Assembly: GCA_004297215.1 (NCBI GenBank)
Contig: SCUM01000001.1
Span: 353,181 to 417,180 of the forward strand
DNA length: 64,000 nucleotides
Origin: Patescibacteria group bacterium
Lineage (GTDB): Bacteria; Patescibacteriota; Patescibacteriia; UBA9934; GWF2-40-263
Direction: 5' to 3'
Made by a program: the position numbers and the translations under genes. The notes under the pieces are model-generated. The model saw only the letters and a list, made by a program, of their open reading frames with translations, ran no database searches and was not told the origin of the DNA. This document shows positions 46,709-56,890 of the stretch, piece by piece. The stretch's first letter is position 1; each line of letters begins with the position of its first letter.

Positions 46709-47887
46709 TCATGTTTCTAACGCCTCGATCCCCGGCATCTTCTTATCCGCGAGGAAATCGAGCATGGCGCCGCCGCCGGTGGAGATGAGGGTGAACCGAT
46801 CGGCGAGGCCGGCCTCCTCGAGGAGCGGGACCGTGTCGCCGCCGCCCACGATCGTCACGGCCTTGTCGCCCCGTGCCGCGATCTCGCGGGCGAGCTCAAG
46901 CGTGGCGGCCCGGAACGGTTCCTTCTCCACCCACCCGAACGGTCCGTTCCACACGATCGTCCTCGCCTCCTGGATCTCGCGCGCCATGAGCCGCATGCTC
47001 TGCGGCCCGATGTCCACGATGCGGTCACGCGCGCCGACCTCGGCGACGCCCACCGTCCGCGGCTTCCCCCGCGTCCCTGCCATGACGATCACGTCGAGGG
47101 GAAGGAGGAATTTCCCGCGGGATTTCTTGAGAAGGGCGCCGGCGACCTTCACCCCTTCCTCATCATACACCGAGCCGCCGACGTTCAGCCCTTCGGCCTT
47201 GAGGAACGCGGTCGCGAGCGCGCCGCCAACGAGGACGCGGTCCGCGTGCGGGAGCAGGTTCTCCATCACGGGGATCTTGTCCGCGGCCTTGAGCCCGCCC
47301 ATCACGAGCGTGAACGGCCGGCGCGGATGCTTCATCGCCCGCCCGAGCACGGACACTTCCTGCGCGAGAAGCGGCCCGGCATAACTCGGGAGCTCGGCCG
47401 TGATCGCCTCCACGGACGCATGCGCGCGGTGACTCACGGCAAAGGCGTCGTTCACGTACAGGTCGGCGAGGAGCGCGAGCTGCTGCGAGAACGCCGGGCT
47501 GTTGCGCTCCTCGCGCGGGTCGAAGCGGACGTTCTCAAGCAGCACCACCTCGCCGTCCTGCATCTTCCCGACCAGCCGCTCCGCCGACGCGCCGACCACG
47601 TCGCGGGAGACCTTCACGGGCACGCCGAGCAGTTCCGACAGGCGCCGGCCCACCGGTGCCACGGAATACGCGCTCATGCGCCTGCCTTCCGGCCGGCCGA
47701 GATGGGTGGCGACGACGATGCGCGCGCCGCGCTGGCGCAGCCAATCAAGCCCCACGGCTGCGCGGGCGATCTTGCCGTGCGGGCCGTCCACGGCATGCCC
47801 CTTCACGACCGGCACGTTCCCGTCGATGCGCACCAGCACGCGCTTGCCGCGCAAATCCGCCCCGTTCTTGAGCGTCCGAAGGGCCAT
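46709..47887 (-). CDS. pgk: Phosphoglycerate kinase
   Basis: RIDGNVP, HLGRP, LENVRF, WNGP and STGGGA motifs. Confidence 0.96.
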   Translation of the reverse strand: MALRTLKNGADLRGKRVLVRIDGNVPVVKGHAVDGPHGKIARAAVGLDWLRQRGARIVVATHLGRPEGRRMSAYSVAPVGRRLSELLGVPVKVSRDVVGASAERLVGKMQDGEVVLLENVRFDPREERNSPAFSQQLALLADLYVNDAFAVSHRAHASVEAITAELPSYAGPLLAQEVSVLGRAMKHPRRPFTLVMGGLKAADKIPVMENLLPHADRVLVGGALATAFLKAEGLNVGGSVYDEEGVKVAGALLKKSRGKFLLPLDVIVMAGTRGKPRTVGVAEVGARDRIVDIGPQSMRLMAREIQEARTIVWNGPFGWVEKEPFRAATLELAREIAARGDKAVTIVGGGDTVPLLEEAGLADRFTLISTGGGAMLDFLADKKMPGIEALET

Positions 47888-47891
47888 AGGG

Positions 47892-49169
47892 TCAATCGTT
47901 CTTCGAGTAGGCCCTGGTCCCGCGCACCCACACGTGGATGGCCCGGCGCAACGGGAGGATGGAGGAGAAATACAGGAAGTCCGCGACCTTGCGCGCGAGG
48001 TAGCCGAGGCCGTCCGAGAGCACCACGCGGCCGAGGTCGGCGATCGCGTAGCGGCCGCCAAGGGGGGTGACGGTCATCCAATGTTCGGGCGGGATCCAGG
48101 TGAGCGGCAGGCGGCGCTCCAGCCCCCGCGTGACGTTCTCCGCGACGATCGCCGCCTCGCGCGTGGCCGCCTGCGCGAGCGCGGGCACGCGTCCGCCGGT
48201 CTTCGGATGCAGGAACGACGTCGCGTCGCCAAGCGCCCAGACATGCTCCTTGCCTTTCACGGCGAAGGTCGGCGTGACGGCGATCCATCCCTTCGCGTCC
48301 GTGGGCAGGCGCAGCGCCTTCACGGACTCGGGCGGACGGATCCCGCCGGCCCACACCACCACGTCGGCCTCGCGCACGCATTCCTCCCCGTCCCCCTCGA
48401 TCGCGAGACAGGCCCGGCCCGACTCGACGGAAACCACCTTCGTGCCGGTCATGATTTCGACGCCCAGGCGGTCGAGGCGCGCGCCCGCGCGGGCGCGGAC
48501 CTTCTCCGGATGGTTCGGAAGCACGGAAGGCCCGGCTTCCACGATGCGCACGTGCCAGGCGTCGCGCGGGAGCTTCCCGGCATAGGTGAGGCGGTGCAGG
48601 AAATTGGCGAGCTCCGCGGCGAACTCCACGCCGGTCGGGCCGCCGCCGGCCACCAGCACGCACACGCGCTTCTCCTTGCCCTTGCGCTGCGCCTCGAGGA
48701 ACGTGGCGATGCGTTCGCGGATGCGGATCGCGTCAGGCAGCCACTTGAGGAAATAGGCGTGTTCCGCCACGCCGGGCGTGCTAAACGTGTTCGGTACGGC
48801 GCCCAGCGCGATCACGAAGTCGTCGTAGCCAAGCCGGCGGCCGTCACGCAGCAGGATCTCGCGCGCTTCCTCGTCGATGCCCGAAAGGTCGCCGCGGACG
48901 AACCGCAGCGCGCTTTTCTTGACGCGCCTCTCGAAATCGGAAAACGGCACGGCGACCCCCGCGCGCAGCTCGCGCGCCGACGCGCCGCCGTCGCCAAGCC
49001 CGCCGGTGCACACCTCGTACAGGAGCGGGTTGTACACGTGGCTCGTCTCGCGGTCCACGAGCACCACCTCGAACGCCTTCAACCTGGCCCGGCGCTTCAC
49101 GAGCTCGAGCGCGGTGCGGACGCCCGCGAATCCCCCGCCGACGATGACGATGCGATGCGCGCCCTTCAC
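47892..49169 (-). CDS. ndh: Type II NADH dehydrogenase family FAD oxidoreductase
   Basis: VGGGFAG, GGGPTGVEFAAE, ALGD and PALAQAA motifs; GTGA overlap with gap. Confidence 0.88.
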   Translation of the reverse strand: MKGAHRIVIVGGGFAGVRTALELVKRRARLKAFEVVLVDRETSHVYNPLLYEVCTGGLGDGGASARELRAGVAVPFSDFERRVKKSALRFVRGDLSGIDEEAREILLRDGRRLGYDDFVIALGAVPNTFSTPGVAEHAYFLKWLPDAIRIRERIATFLEAQRKGKEKRVCVLVAGGGPTGVEFAAELANFLHRLTYAGKLPRDAWHVRIVEAGPSVLPNHPEKVRARAGARLDRLGVEIMTGTKVVSVESGRACLAIEGDGEECVREADVVVWAGGIRPPESVKALRLPTDAKGWIAVTPTFAVKGKEHVWALGDATSFLHPKTGGRVPALAQAATREAAIVAENVTRGLERRLPLTWIPPEHWMTVTPLGGRYAIADLGRVVLSDGLGYLARKVADFLYFSSILPLRRAIHVWVRGTRAYSKND

Positions 49170-50173
49170 AGCTTGCCCACGTATTCCACCATGTCGATGA
49201 GCCGCATCGAGTACCCCCACTCGTTGTCGTACCAGGCGAGCACCTTCACGAGGTCTCCGCCGACCACGCGCGTCATCTCGAGGTCCACCACGCTTCCGTA
49301 CGTGCTGCCGATGAAATCGGACGAGACGAGGGGCACGTCGCTCACCCCGAGGATCCCTTTCCAGCGCGGCGACTTCGACGCGTGTACGAACGCCTCGTTC
49401 ACCTGCTCGGGGGTGACGCGCTTCTTCAAAACGAAGGTGAAGTCCGAGAGCGACACGTCAAGGGTGGGCACGCGCACCGCGATGCCGTCGAACAGCCCGT
49501 CGATCGCGGGAATGGCCTTGGAAAGCGCCTTGGCCGCCCCCGTGGAGGTGGGCACCATGTTCACGAGCGCGCTTCTCGCGCGGCGCAAATCCGGGTGCCG
49601 CGCGGGGGGGAGGCTGTCTACCAAGTTCTGCTCGGCCGTCACCGAATGGATGGTGGTCATCATCGCCTTCTTGATACCGAACGTCTCCTCCATGATCGCC
49701 ACCACCGGGCCGATGGAGTTGGTGGTGCACGAAGCGTTATTCACCACCGTGTCGGTCTTTTTCGCGCCCTTGTGGTTCACGCCCATCAGGAACGTGGGCG
49801 TCTCCTTCGCCGGGGCGGAAATGACCACCTTTTTCGCGCCGGCCGTGAGGTGCGCCTGCGCGCTCTGGCGATCCGTAAACCGGCCCGTGCACTCCATCAC
49901 TACCTGAACCTTGTGCGCCTTCCACGGGAGCTTCGTGGGCTCCTTCTCGGCCACGACCGGAATGGCGTGACCGTCGACGATGATGTGCTTCTCGTCGGAA
50001 TCCACCTCGTGCGGCCAGGTGCGGAAGGTGGAATCGTACTTAAGGAGGTGCGCCAGGATCTTGGGCTCCGTGAGGTCGTTGATGGCCACGAACCGCAGGT
50101 CCTTGCGGCCCCAGCCTGCCTTGAACGCCGTGCGCCCGATGCGCCCGAACCCGTTGATGGCGACGCGAAGCAT
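49166..50173 (-). CDS. gap: Glyceraldehyde-3-phosphate dehydrogenase
   Basis: INGFGRIGR, NASCTTN and WYDNEWGYS motifs. Confidence 0.98.
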   Translation of the reverse strand: MLRVAINGFGRIGRTAFKAGWGRKDLRFVAINDLTEPKILAHLLKYDSTFRTWPHEVDSDEKHIIVDGHAIPVVAEKEPTKLPWKAHKVQVVMECTGRFTDRQSAQAHLTAGAKKVVISAPAKETPTFLMGVNHKGAKKTDTVVNNASCTTNSIGPVVAIMEETFGIKKAMMTTIHSVTAEQNLVDSLPPARHPDLRRARSALVNMVPTSTGAAKALSKAIPAIDGLFDGIAVRVPTLDVSLSDFTFVLKKRVTPEQVNEAFVHASKSPRWKGILGVSDVPLVSSDFIGSTYGSVVDLEMTRVVGGDLVKVLAWYDNEWGYSMRLIDMVEYVGKL

Positions 50174-50278
50174 AATGGGAGTTGGTATTTGGGAGTTGGG
50201 AGTGGGTAGGAACGGAACGGGGGGAATTGTACCATCCGGCGACAGCAAACGAAAATCGGCCCCGGAGGGCCGATTTTC

Positions 50279-50869
50279 TTATCCGATCTGGAACCGAGCG
50301 AAGCGGCGGATCTGCATGTTCTCGCCCAAGAGGGCGATCTTCTCTTTCAGCAGGTCCTCGACGGTCTTGTCCTCGTCCTTCACGAAGGGCTGCTCGAGCA
50401 GCACGGTCTCCTGGTACCACTTGGAGAGGCGGCCTTCGACCATCTTCTCGAGGATCTCGGGACTCTTCGCGTTCGGGGCGGATTCCTCGCGGATCATCGC
50501 CTTCTGTTTCTCGACGAGCTCCACCGGCACGGCGTCACGTGAGACGTACAGCGGATCCGACGCGCTCACGTGGAGCGCGAGGTCGTTGCACAGTTCCAGG
50601 AACGCCTCGTTGCGCGCCACGAAATCGGTCTCGCACAGCACTTCCACGAGCACGCCGAGCTTGCCCGTGCCGTGCACATAGGCGTGCACGCGGCCTTCGT
50701 TCGTGAGGCGGTCGGCCTTCTTCACGGCCTTGGCGATCCCCTTCTTGCGCAGGTTCTCCGCGGCCGCGTCCAGGTCGCCGTTCGTCTCTTCCAACGCCTT
50801 CTTCGCGTCCATCATCCCGGCGTTGGTCATCTCGCGCAGCTGCGCGACCGTCTTCGCGTCGATTGCCAT
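50279..50869 (-). CDS. tsf: Elongation factor Ts (short form)
   Basis: LREMTNAGMMDAKKAL and CETDFVA motifs. Confidence 0.97.
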   Translation of the reverse strand: MAIDAKTVAQLREMTNAGMMDAKKALEETNGDLDAAAENLRKKGIAKAVKKADRLTNEGRVHAYVHGTGKLGVLVEVLCETDFVARNEAFLELCNDLALHVSASDPLYVSRDAVPVELVEKQKAMIREESAPNAKSPEILEKMVEGRLSKWYQETVLLEQPFVKDEDKTVEDLLKEKIALLGENMQIRRFARFQIG

Positions 50870-50875
50870 AGTGAT

Positions 50876-50950
50876 AGTGCGTAGTGCGTAGTTGGTAGTA
50901 CGTAGGGCGAGACCTGTTGCCTACGCACTACCCCCTACCGACTACGCACT
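50876..50950. repeat. Heptamer-periodic inverted repeat (TAGTGCG / CTACGCA)
   Basis: Same family as the 20700 and 59851 elements. Confidence 0.75.
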
Positions 50951-50962
50951 TCCTCCTTAAAA

Positions 50963-51688
50963 TTAATCTTTCTTCTCCACGACCGGAACCGCCGCCTTGA
51001 GCGCCTCGGCGCGCCCTTCCTTCACGGCATCGGCGACGAGACGGGACACGAGCGCGATCGTCTTCCCCGCATCGTCGTTGCCCGGGATCACCTGGGCCAC
51101 GTTCGTGGGGTTCACGTTCGTGTCGCACAACGCCACTACCTTCGTCCCGACCACGGCCGCTTCGGTGAGCGCGGTCTTCTCGGTCTTCACGTCGATGATG
51201 AAGATGGCGTCCGGCAGCTTCTCCACGTCCTGGATGCCGCCCATCTTGAACTCCATCTCCGAAATCTCGCGGTCGATCATGAGCTGCTCCTTCTTGGTGT
51301 ACTTCTTGAGCTCGCCCTTCTCGCGCTGGTCCTTGAGCGTCTTCAGGCGCTTGAGCGTCTTCTTGATCTGCGGGAAGTTGGTGAGCGTGCCGCCCAGCCA
51401 GCGCTCGGTGACGTGCGGCATGCCGCAACGGATCGCCTCCGCCTTCACGGCCTCCTTGGCCTGTGGCTTGGTGCCAACGAACAGCACCGTACCGCCACGG
51501 CTGGCAATCCCCTTCACGAAATCCAACGCCTGCTCGAGCTGACGCTGCGACGCCTCGAGGTCGATGATGTGCACGCCGGCCTTCGCGCCGAAGATGTACG
51601 GCTCCATCTTGGGGTGCCAGCGGCTGGTGCGGTGGCCGAAGTGCATGCCGGCTTGCAGCATGTCGGCCAAAGCGGGGATCTTTGGCAT
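50963..51688 (-). CDS. rpsB: 30S ribosomal protein S2
   Basis: AGMHFGH, WHPKM, RWLGGTLTN and PGNDD motifs. Confidence 0.98.
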   Translation of the reverse strand: MPKIPALADMLQAGMHFGHRTSRWHPKMEPYIFGAKAGVHIIDLEASQRQLEQALDFVKGIASRGGTVLFVGTKPQAKEAVKAEAIRCGMPHVTERWLGGTLTNFPQIKKTLKRLKTLKDQREKGELKKYTKKEQLMIDREISEMEFKMGGIQDVEKLPDAIFIIDVKTEKTALTEAAVVGTKVVALCDTNVNPTNVAQVIPGNDDAGKTIALVSRLVADAVKEGRAEALKAAVPVVEKKD

Positions 51689-51803
51689 ATCTCTATCCTT
51701 TTATACGACGACGGGGCGCGCCGGGCCCCTCCTTCGCTCCGTTTGGAGCTTCGGCGGGGAGGATCCGGTCGGCCTTGGCCCGTCTGTTTGATTTAGTGCG
51801 GGA

Positions 51804-51832
51804 AGGATACGTAAAACGGTAAAAACCGTCAA
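51804..51832 (-). promoter_or_regulatory. rpsB promoter followed by a structured leader
   Basis: TTGACG-17-TATCCT; GC-rich hairpins between 51700 and 51800. Confidence 0.55.
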
Positions 51833-51868
51833 TCCTTAGGCCTAAAGCCTGATAAGGCAGGGAATTTT

Positions 51869-52114
51869 TTAGAGATACTGCTTGATCTGATTCCAGGTGA
51901 TGCCTGATGTCGTCTCGAGTTCCTTCAATATATAGTACAAGACATCCTTCCGAAGATCCGCGATAACAGTCACGGACTTCTGCGTGGCCGGCCAGGTCAC
52001 TTTCACGTGATCGCCCTTGCCGCCGACGGCATTGGCCTCGAAACCGAGACGTCGGAGCGCGTTCAGGAATTTCTTTCGTGAGAGATCTCCTGGCAGCTCG
52101 CTACGCGAAGGCAT
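51869..52114 (-). CDS. HicA-like toxin
   Basis: ALRRLGF..GKGDHVKV motif; 81 aa. Confidence 0.75.
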   Translation of the reverse strand: MPSRSELPGDLSRKKFLNALRRLGFEANAVGGKGDHVKVTWPATQKSVTVIADLRKDVLYYILKELETTSGITWNQIKQYL

Positions 52115-52424
52115 ATTCCTTCTCGCCCACACGGTGGACGCCTGCCTCCTTCGCGTACGAAGACGGCACCTCGAAGGCGGTGAGGATGGCATCCTTCACC
52201 TTCTCATCAAGCTCGTCTGCCCGATCGGCATGCGTGATGATGCTCCCGTACCGAAAATCTTCGCTGATGGCGACGACCGAACCGTCTTCCTGCTTCTCGT
52301 GTCGGAAATTGATGCGCCCGTAAAGACGGAAGTAATGGTTCAATTCAACCAATCCGCGCGGAGCGACCCCGCTTCCGAGGACGAATTTCACGAGGTGGTC
52401 TTTTGCCTGCTTATAGATGCCCAT
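52101..52424 (-). CDS. HicB-like antitoxin
   Basis: IITHADRADELDEKVKDAI; overlaps the hicA-like gene. Confidence 0.65.
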   Translation of the reverse strand: MGIYKQAKDHLVKFVLGSGVAPRGLVELNHYFRLYGRINFRHEKQEDGSVVAISEDFRYGSIITHADRADELDEKVKDAILTAFEVPSSYAKEAGVHRVGEKEYAFA

Positions 52425-52468
52425 ATTGCTCAAAACGTATCAGAAATCTTCGGAATATTCAATCGTTC

Positions 52469-53509
52469 TCACCGGATAAACATCGCGTCCCCGAACGAAT
52501 AGAACCGATATCCCTTCTCGATCGCCTCTTGATAGGCGGCGAGAACATGCTCGCGACCGGCAAAGGCGCTGACGAGGACGAGGAGCGTGGATTTCGGGAG
52601 ATGGAAGTTGGTGATGAGGGCGTCGATGACCTTGAAGTCGAAGCCGGGGGTGATGAAGAGGTTGATGTCGCCGGAGAATCCCCCGCCAGGAACGCCGCTT
52701 CCTTCGAGTGCACGGACCGTCGTCGTCCCGACGGCGATCACCCGACGACCTTCGGCTTTCGCCTTGTCGATCGCCCGCGAGGTTTCAGGAGAGATCGAGA
52801 CCCACTCGCCGTGCATGACATGCTCCTCGAGCGTCTCGGTCTTCACCGGCCGGAAGGTGCCCAGTCCCACGTGCAGCGTGACGAATGCGAATTCCACCCC
52901 CTTTCCCTTCAGCTTTTCGATAAGCTCCGGCGTGAAGTGGAAGCCGGCCGTCGGGGCGGCGACGGACCCCTTCTCTTTCGCGTAGACGGTCTGGTACTTC
53001 GACGCGTCGTCCGGCGCCTTTTCGACGTAGGGAGGCACGGGCACTTCGCCGAACTCGTCGCAAAACGCGAACACTTCGTCGTCGGAAATGTTGAACGCGA
53101 GCGTCACCGACCCGTCCTCGTGCTTCTCGACGACCGTCGGCTTCAATCCCCCGATCTCGATGGCGTTCCCGACGTGCACGCGCTTGCCCGGGCGCACGAG
53201 CGCGTGCCACAGCGACGCGCCCTCGAGCGCGTCCGGGAGCGGACGCAGCAAGAACACCTCGAACTCCTTGTCGAACCGCTTCCCCCGCAGGCGGGCCTTG
53301 AAGACGCGCGAGTCGTTCATCACGAGCAGGTCGCCGGCCTTGAGCTCGCCGATGATGTCGCGAAACGCCTTATGCGCGGTCTTTCCCGTAAAACGGTCCA
53401 TGACAAGCAACCGCGACGAATCGCGCGGCTCGGCCGGCACCTGGGCGATGCGCTCGGCCGGCAGCTGGTAGTCGTAAAGGGAGACAGGGGTTGACATGGG
53501 AGCGACCAT
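52469..53509 (-). CDS. queA: S-adenosylmethionine:tRNA ribosyltransferase-isomerase
   Basis: YQTVYA, AAPTAGFHF, LHVGLGTF and YRFYSFGDAM motifs. Confidence 0.97.
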   Translation of the reverse strand: MVAPMSTPVSLYDYQLPAERIAQVPAEPRDSSRLLVMDRFTGKTAHKAFRDIIGELKAGDLLVMNDSRVFKARLRGKRFDKEFEVFLLRPLPDALEGASLWHALVRPGKRVHVGNAIEIGGLKPTVVEKHEDGSVTLAFNISDDEVFAFCDEFGEVPVPPYVEKAPDDASKYQTVYAKEKGSVAAPTAGFHFTPELIEKLKGKGVEFAFVTLHVGLGTFRPVKTETLEEHVMHGEWVSISPETSRAIDKAKAEGRRVIAVGTTTVRALEGSGVPGGGFSGDINLFITPGFDFKVIDALITNFHLPKSTLLVLVSAFAGREHVLAAYQEAIEKGYRFYSFGDAMFIR

Positions 53510-53595
53510 ACGCGATTTCCCTTGACTTTTCAAGGATCCGACCCTAGACTGCGACACCCTTCACGTCGAAGGGCTCTCACACGCGGAGGCGGAAG

Positions 53596-54267
53596 ATGGC
53601 GACATTGAAGGCGCGGGTGTCGGACGTTCACTCGCTTGGGCGTCTCAAGCCCGGAGCCGACCCTGGCACGCCCATGGTCAAGCACGGGGTCATCGGATAC
53701 GTCTGGCATGACCATCGGTCAGCGGACAAGGCGCATCCGGACGACGGGCGGCGTACGGCACATGTCGAATGCGGCGGCACGGACTACGGGCCGCACCTCG
53801 CCATGGAGCTCCATGACATTACGAGGAACAGGCTCCCGATTTACACGTTCCTCGAGAAGCCGGGCGTGCACGGCGCGGCGGTCGGCGACCGCCGGTGTCC
53901 CGTCCCGTTCGACAAGCTCCGTGAGGATTCGATCGACGCGGACGACGAGGGGAACCTCGTGGCCGTCTCGGTCCACGCCCTGACCAACGAGGTTTCGGCG
54001 ATCCACGGCGGATGGGAAAGCCGCCGGTTCCGAGTCATCGGCGCGCTGCTGATCATCGGCAACGCGGTCGTGTTCCCGGCCGATGACGGCGAGGGGTACG
54101 CCTTGTACGCGCGGGAGACGCCCGCGACGGAGCGTCACAAGCTCCTCTGGATCGAGTCGGTGCACGGCAACGCCATCACCCTCGCCGGGTGCCGCATGGA
54201 CGGGGAATTCGTCCAATTCACCCTCACCCTGGACGCCGGAGCCCAGGACCAGGCCGACGCGGCCTAG
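53596..54267 (+). CDS. Hypothetical protein
   Basis: 223-aa ORF; GGAGG RBS, TTGACT-17-TAGACT promoter (53522), downstream terminator ~54291-54320. Confidence 0.65.
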   Translation: MATLKARVSDVHSLGRLKPGADPGTPMVKHGVIGYVWHDHRSADKAHPDDGRRTAHVECGGTDYGPHLAMELHDITRNRLPIYTFLEKPGVHGAAVGDRRCPVPFDKLREDSIDADDEGNLVAVSVHALTNEVSAIHGGWESRRFRVIGALLIIGNAVVFPADDGEGYALYARETPATERHKLLWIESVHGNAITLAGCRMDGEFVQFTLTLDAGAQDQADAA

Positions 54268-54453
54268 ACCTCTGCCCGGAAACGGGCCTTGCGGGACGCC
54301 TTGCGTGTCCCGTTTTTTCTTTATCCTCGGCGAAGGACCCCGACGTTCCGGTTCGTGCCGGAAGTCGGGGCTCCGACCCCTTGAATGGGCAGGGCGTCGG
54401 AGTTGACAATTCCGACCCTTCCTTATAGACTTTCCGCAATTCCGAACCCCTTT

Positions 54454-54744
54454 ATGAAGCAAGAAATCCATCCTGAATACCACCCCAAGGCCAAGATCGC
54501 CTGCGCGTGCGGCGCCAGCTACGCGGTTGGCAGCACCCTGCCGGAAATCGGGGTCGAGTTGTGCGCGGCCTGCCACCCCTTCTACACGGGCAAGCAGAAG
54601 ATCCTCGACACGGCCCGCCGCGTGGAAAAGTTCACCACGCGCACGTCCAAGAAGGCCACCGTCGCCACCGGCACCAAGGTGAAGCGCGCCAAGCGCGCCG
54701 CGGCCAAGGCCGTGAAGACCGAAGAGAAGGCCAAGAAGGCGTAG
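54454..54744 (+). CDS. rpmE: 50S ribosomal protein L31
   Basis: [13 protein letters not shown] and [10 protein letters not shown] motifs. Confidence 0.97.
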   Translation: MKQEIHPEYHPKAKIACACGASYAVGSTLPEIGVELCAACHPFYTGKQKILDTARRVEKFTTRTSKKATVATGTKVKRAKRAAAKAVKTEEKAKKA

Positions 54745-54799
54745 CCGCGGGAAGGCGTCCGAGCGGACGCTTTTTCCTTTTGCTGATATTCTCCCCTGT

Positions 54800-55885
54800 A
54801 TGGACCTCCTCAAGGAGCTCGACCAGGTGAAAAAACGCGTGGCGGACCTCGAAACCCGATTGGCCGATCCGGGCGTGCTTTCCGATCCCAAGAAACTCCG
54901 CGAGGCCGGCATCGAGTACCAGGAAGCGAAAGACCTGCTTGAGATCGGGGAACGCTATGCGCAGGCCGCCTCGGGGCTCGCGTCCGCAAAGGACATGCTT
55001 CGCGACTCGACCGACCCGGAGATGCGCGCCTTGGCCCAAACGGAAATCGAGGAACTTGCGGGAAAACTCCCGAAGCTCGAGGAGGCGTTCACCCTCGCCC
55101 TGCTCCCTCCCGATCCGCTCGATAAGAAAAACAGCATCGTGGAAATCCGCGCTGGCACGGGCGGCGACGAGGCCGCGATCTTCGCGGGCGAACTGTTGCG
55201 CGCCTATTCGCTGTTCGCCGAACGCCAGGGCTGGAAGGTGTCGCCGGTCACCATGAGCCGCGGCGAGGCGGGCGGGTTCAAGGAAGCGATCGTGGAGATC
55301 GAGGGGAAGAACGTCTACAGCAAGCTCAAGTTCGAATCCGGCGTGCATCGCGTGCAGCGCGTGCCGGAGACGGAAAAGGCCGGACGCGTGCACACCTCGA
55401 CCGCGACGGTGGCGGTCATGCCCGAAGCCGAGGAGATCGACGTACGCCTCGACCCGAAGGACCTGAAAATCGAAGCGAGCACCAGCCAAGGCGCGGGCGG
55501 CCAGAGCGTGAACACCACCTACTCCGCCATCCGCATCGTGCATCTTCCCACGGGCATCGTCGTGCAATGCCAGGACGAACGCAGCCAGGCGCAAAACCGC
55601 TTGCGAGCCATGCAGATCCTGCGCGCCCGCGTGTTCGCGCACGAGCAGGAAAAGGCGGCCAAGGAACGCTCCGCCGCGCGCAAGTCGCAGATCGGCTCCG
55701 GCGACCGCTCGGAAAAGATCCGCACGTACAATTTTCCCCAGGACCGCGTCACCGACCACCGCATCGGGGAAAACTTCCACGACATCCCCGGCATCATGAA
55801 CGGCAATCTCGCCCCGATCTTGGACGCGTTGAACGCGGCGGAATTGAAGGAGAGATTCGAGGCGTTAGCAGAGAAAGAAGCTTGA
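54800..55885 (+). CDS. prfA: Peptide chain release factor 1
   Basis: VPET, GGQ and RTYNFPQ motifs. Confidence 0.97.
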   Translation: MDLLKELDQVKKRVADLETRLADPGVLSDPKKLREAGIEYQEAKDLLEIGERYAQAASGLASAKDMLRDSTDPEMRALAQTEIEELAGKLPKLEEAFTLALLPPDPLDKKNSIVEIRAGTGGDEAAIFAGELLRAYSLFAERQGWKVSPVTMSRGEAGGFKEAIVEIEGKNVYSKLKFESGVHRVQRVPETEKAGRVHTSTATVAVMPEAEEIDVRLDPKDLKIEASTSQGAGGQSVNTTYSAIRIVHLPTGIVVQCQDERSQAQNRLRAMQILRARVFAHEQEKAAKERSAARKSQIGSGDRSEKIRTYNFPQDRVTDHRIGENFHDIPGIMNGNLAPILDALNAAELKERFEALAEKEA

Positions 55886-55914
55886 AAAGCGAAAGGAGTG
55901 CGTAAGAAAGAGGG

Positions 55915-55971
55915 TTATCCACAGAAATGTGGGTAACGCCCCTTGACGCGTCGTTTAGGGAACGATAAGCT
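55915..55971 (+). promoter_or_regulatory. Inverted DnaA-box-like pair plus sigma70 promoter
   Basis: TTATCCACA (55915) and TGTGGGTAA (55928); TTGACG-17-TAAGCT (55943-55971). Confidence 0.65.
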
Positions 55972-55978
55972 GCTTCTC

Positions 55979-56890
55979 ACGTTGATGAGGCAGAAACGAA
56001 CCGACGACGTCCGTCAGGACGACCGAACGGGCGAAAAGCCTACGCAGCGTGCAAAGTGAGATGACGTCGCTCGAATCGAATGAAGGCCCCGCGAGGGAGA
56101 CCGACAGGAGAAAAGAGCGAGGATCAGGAATCTTCTGAATCATTGATGGGAATCTCTGGTGGTCCTCCGTGACTTACTGGAACCCTCCCATCAGTGCCAT
56201 CAGCCTCCCCGCCGTGAAACAGCGGAATAACCTGGCGCATGTGCATGCGTCTGGTCCAGGAGGAGCGCCGGCTCATCGAGTCGGAACCGGTCCCATTCCG
56301 GAAGGTGGAAAGCAGAAGAAGGTTTGCGGGGTAGCTGGGGAGGAGAAAGACCTCCATGCGAGCCGCAATTCAAGTCGTCGGACATGGAAGCCCGCAATTG
56401 CGCGGTTTCACCTAGAGGACGCTAATAACGTCCGCATAGGTCGCGAATGTCGGAGGGTCGCAAGACCCTAGGGATCAAGAGGCGATTCATCGCTACTTCC
56501 CTTCACTGATGACGCTCGGTGCAGCGATCCTGCACGACAAGTCATGTTTGACACCCTGCCATGGATCGCAAGATCACCAACATGGCTAGGTCCGAACGTC
56601 TTTGAACATGCCGATCCGGAGCCGAACGAGAGTAACATCTCCAGTAGGAAGGTGAGGTGGCTGGTGCTCTCGGGTGCCAGGAAAGACGTCGGGAACGTTC
56701 CCGATCGATATCGAACCGGCGCGTCAGGCATCTGGCGCGTGACATTCGACACGGTGGGTCCCGTTGGGATGTAGGAAGTAGGAAGAGCGCGTGCGCTCGG
56801 ACGAAACTACGTCTCGCGGGCCACCCGTGAAGGATTGCGAGTTGGTCAACTCCAGCGAGCACCTGAGGCCCTAGCGAAAGCGAAGGCCTC
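55979..56890 (+). ncRNA. Large structured ncRNA of unrecognised family
   Basis: No credible ORF; many nested helices, GNRA tetraloops, G-U pairs on the + strand, upstream promoter and terminal hairpin. Confidence 0.75.

Noticed and set aside
53904-53925. PFDKLR peptide as another in-frame CCCTTCGACAAGCTCAGG repeat
   Set aside because: The nucleotide match is partial and the closing stem is missing, so it could be chance.
55915-55936. Replication origin
   Set aside because: Only two DnaA-box-like sites, no AT-rich unwinding element and no dnaA nearby; more likely a promoter-associated site.
55979-56890. RNase P RNA, rRNA fragment or group II intron; short ORFs in this region
   Set aside because: No P4 signature or domain V motif was recognised, and the element does not interrupt a gene. 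The 60-106 aa ORFs overlap on both strands and look non-coding.
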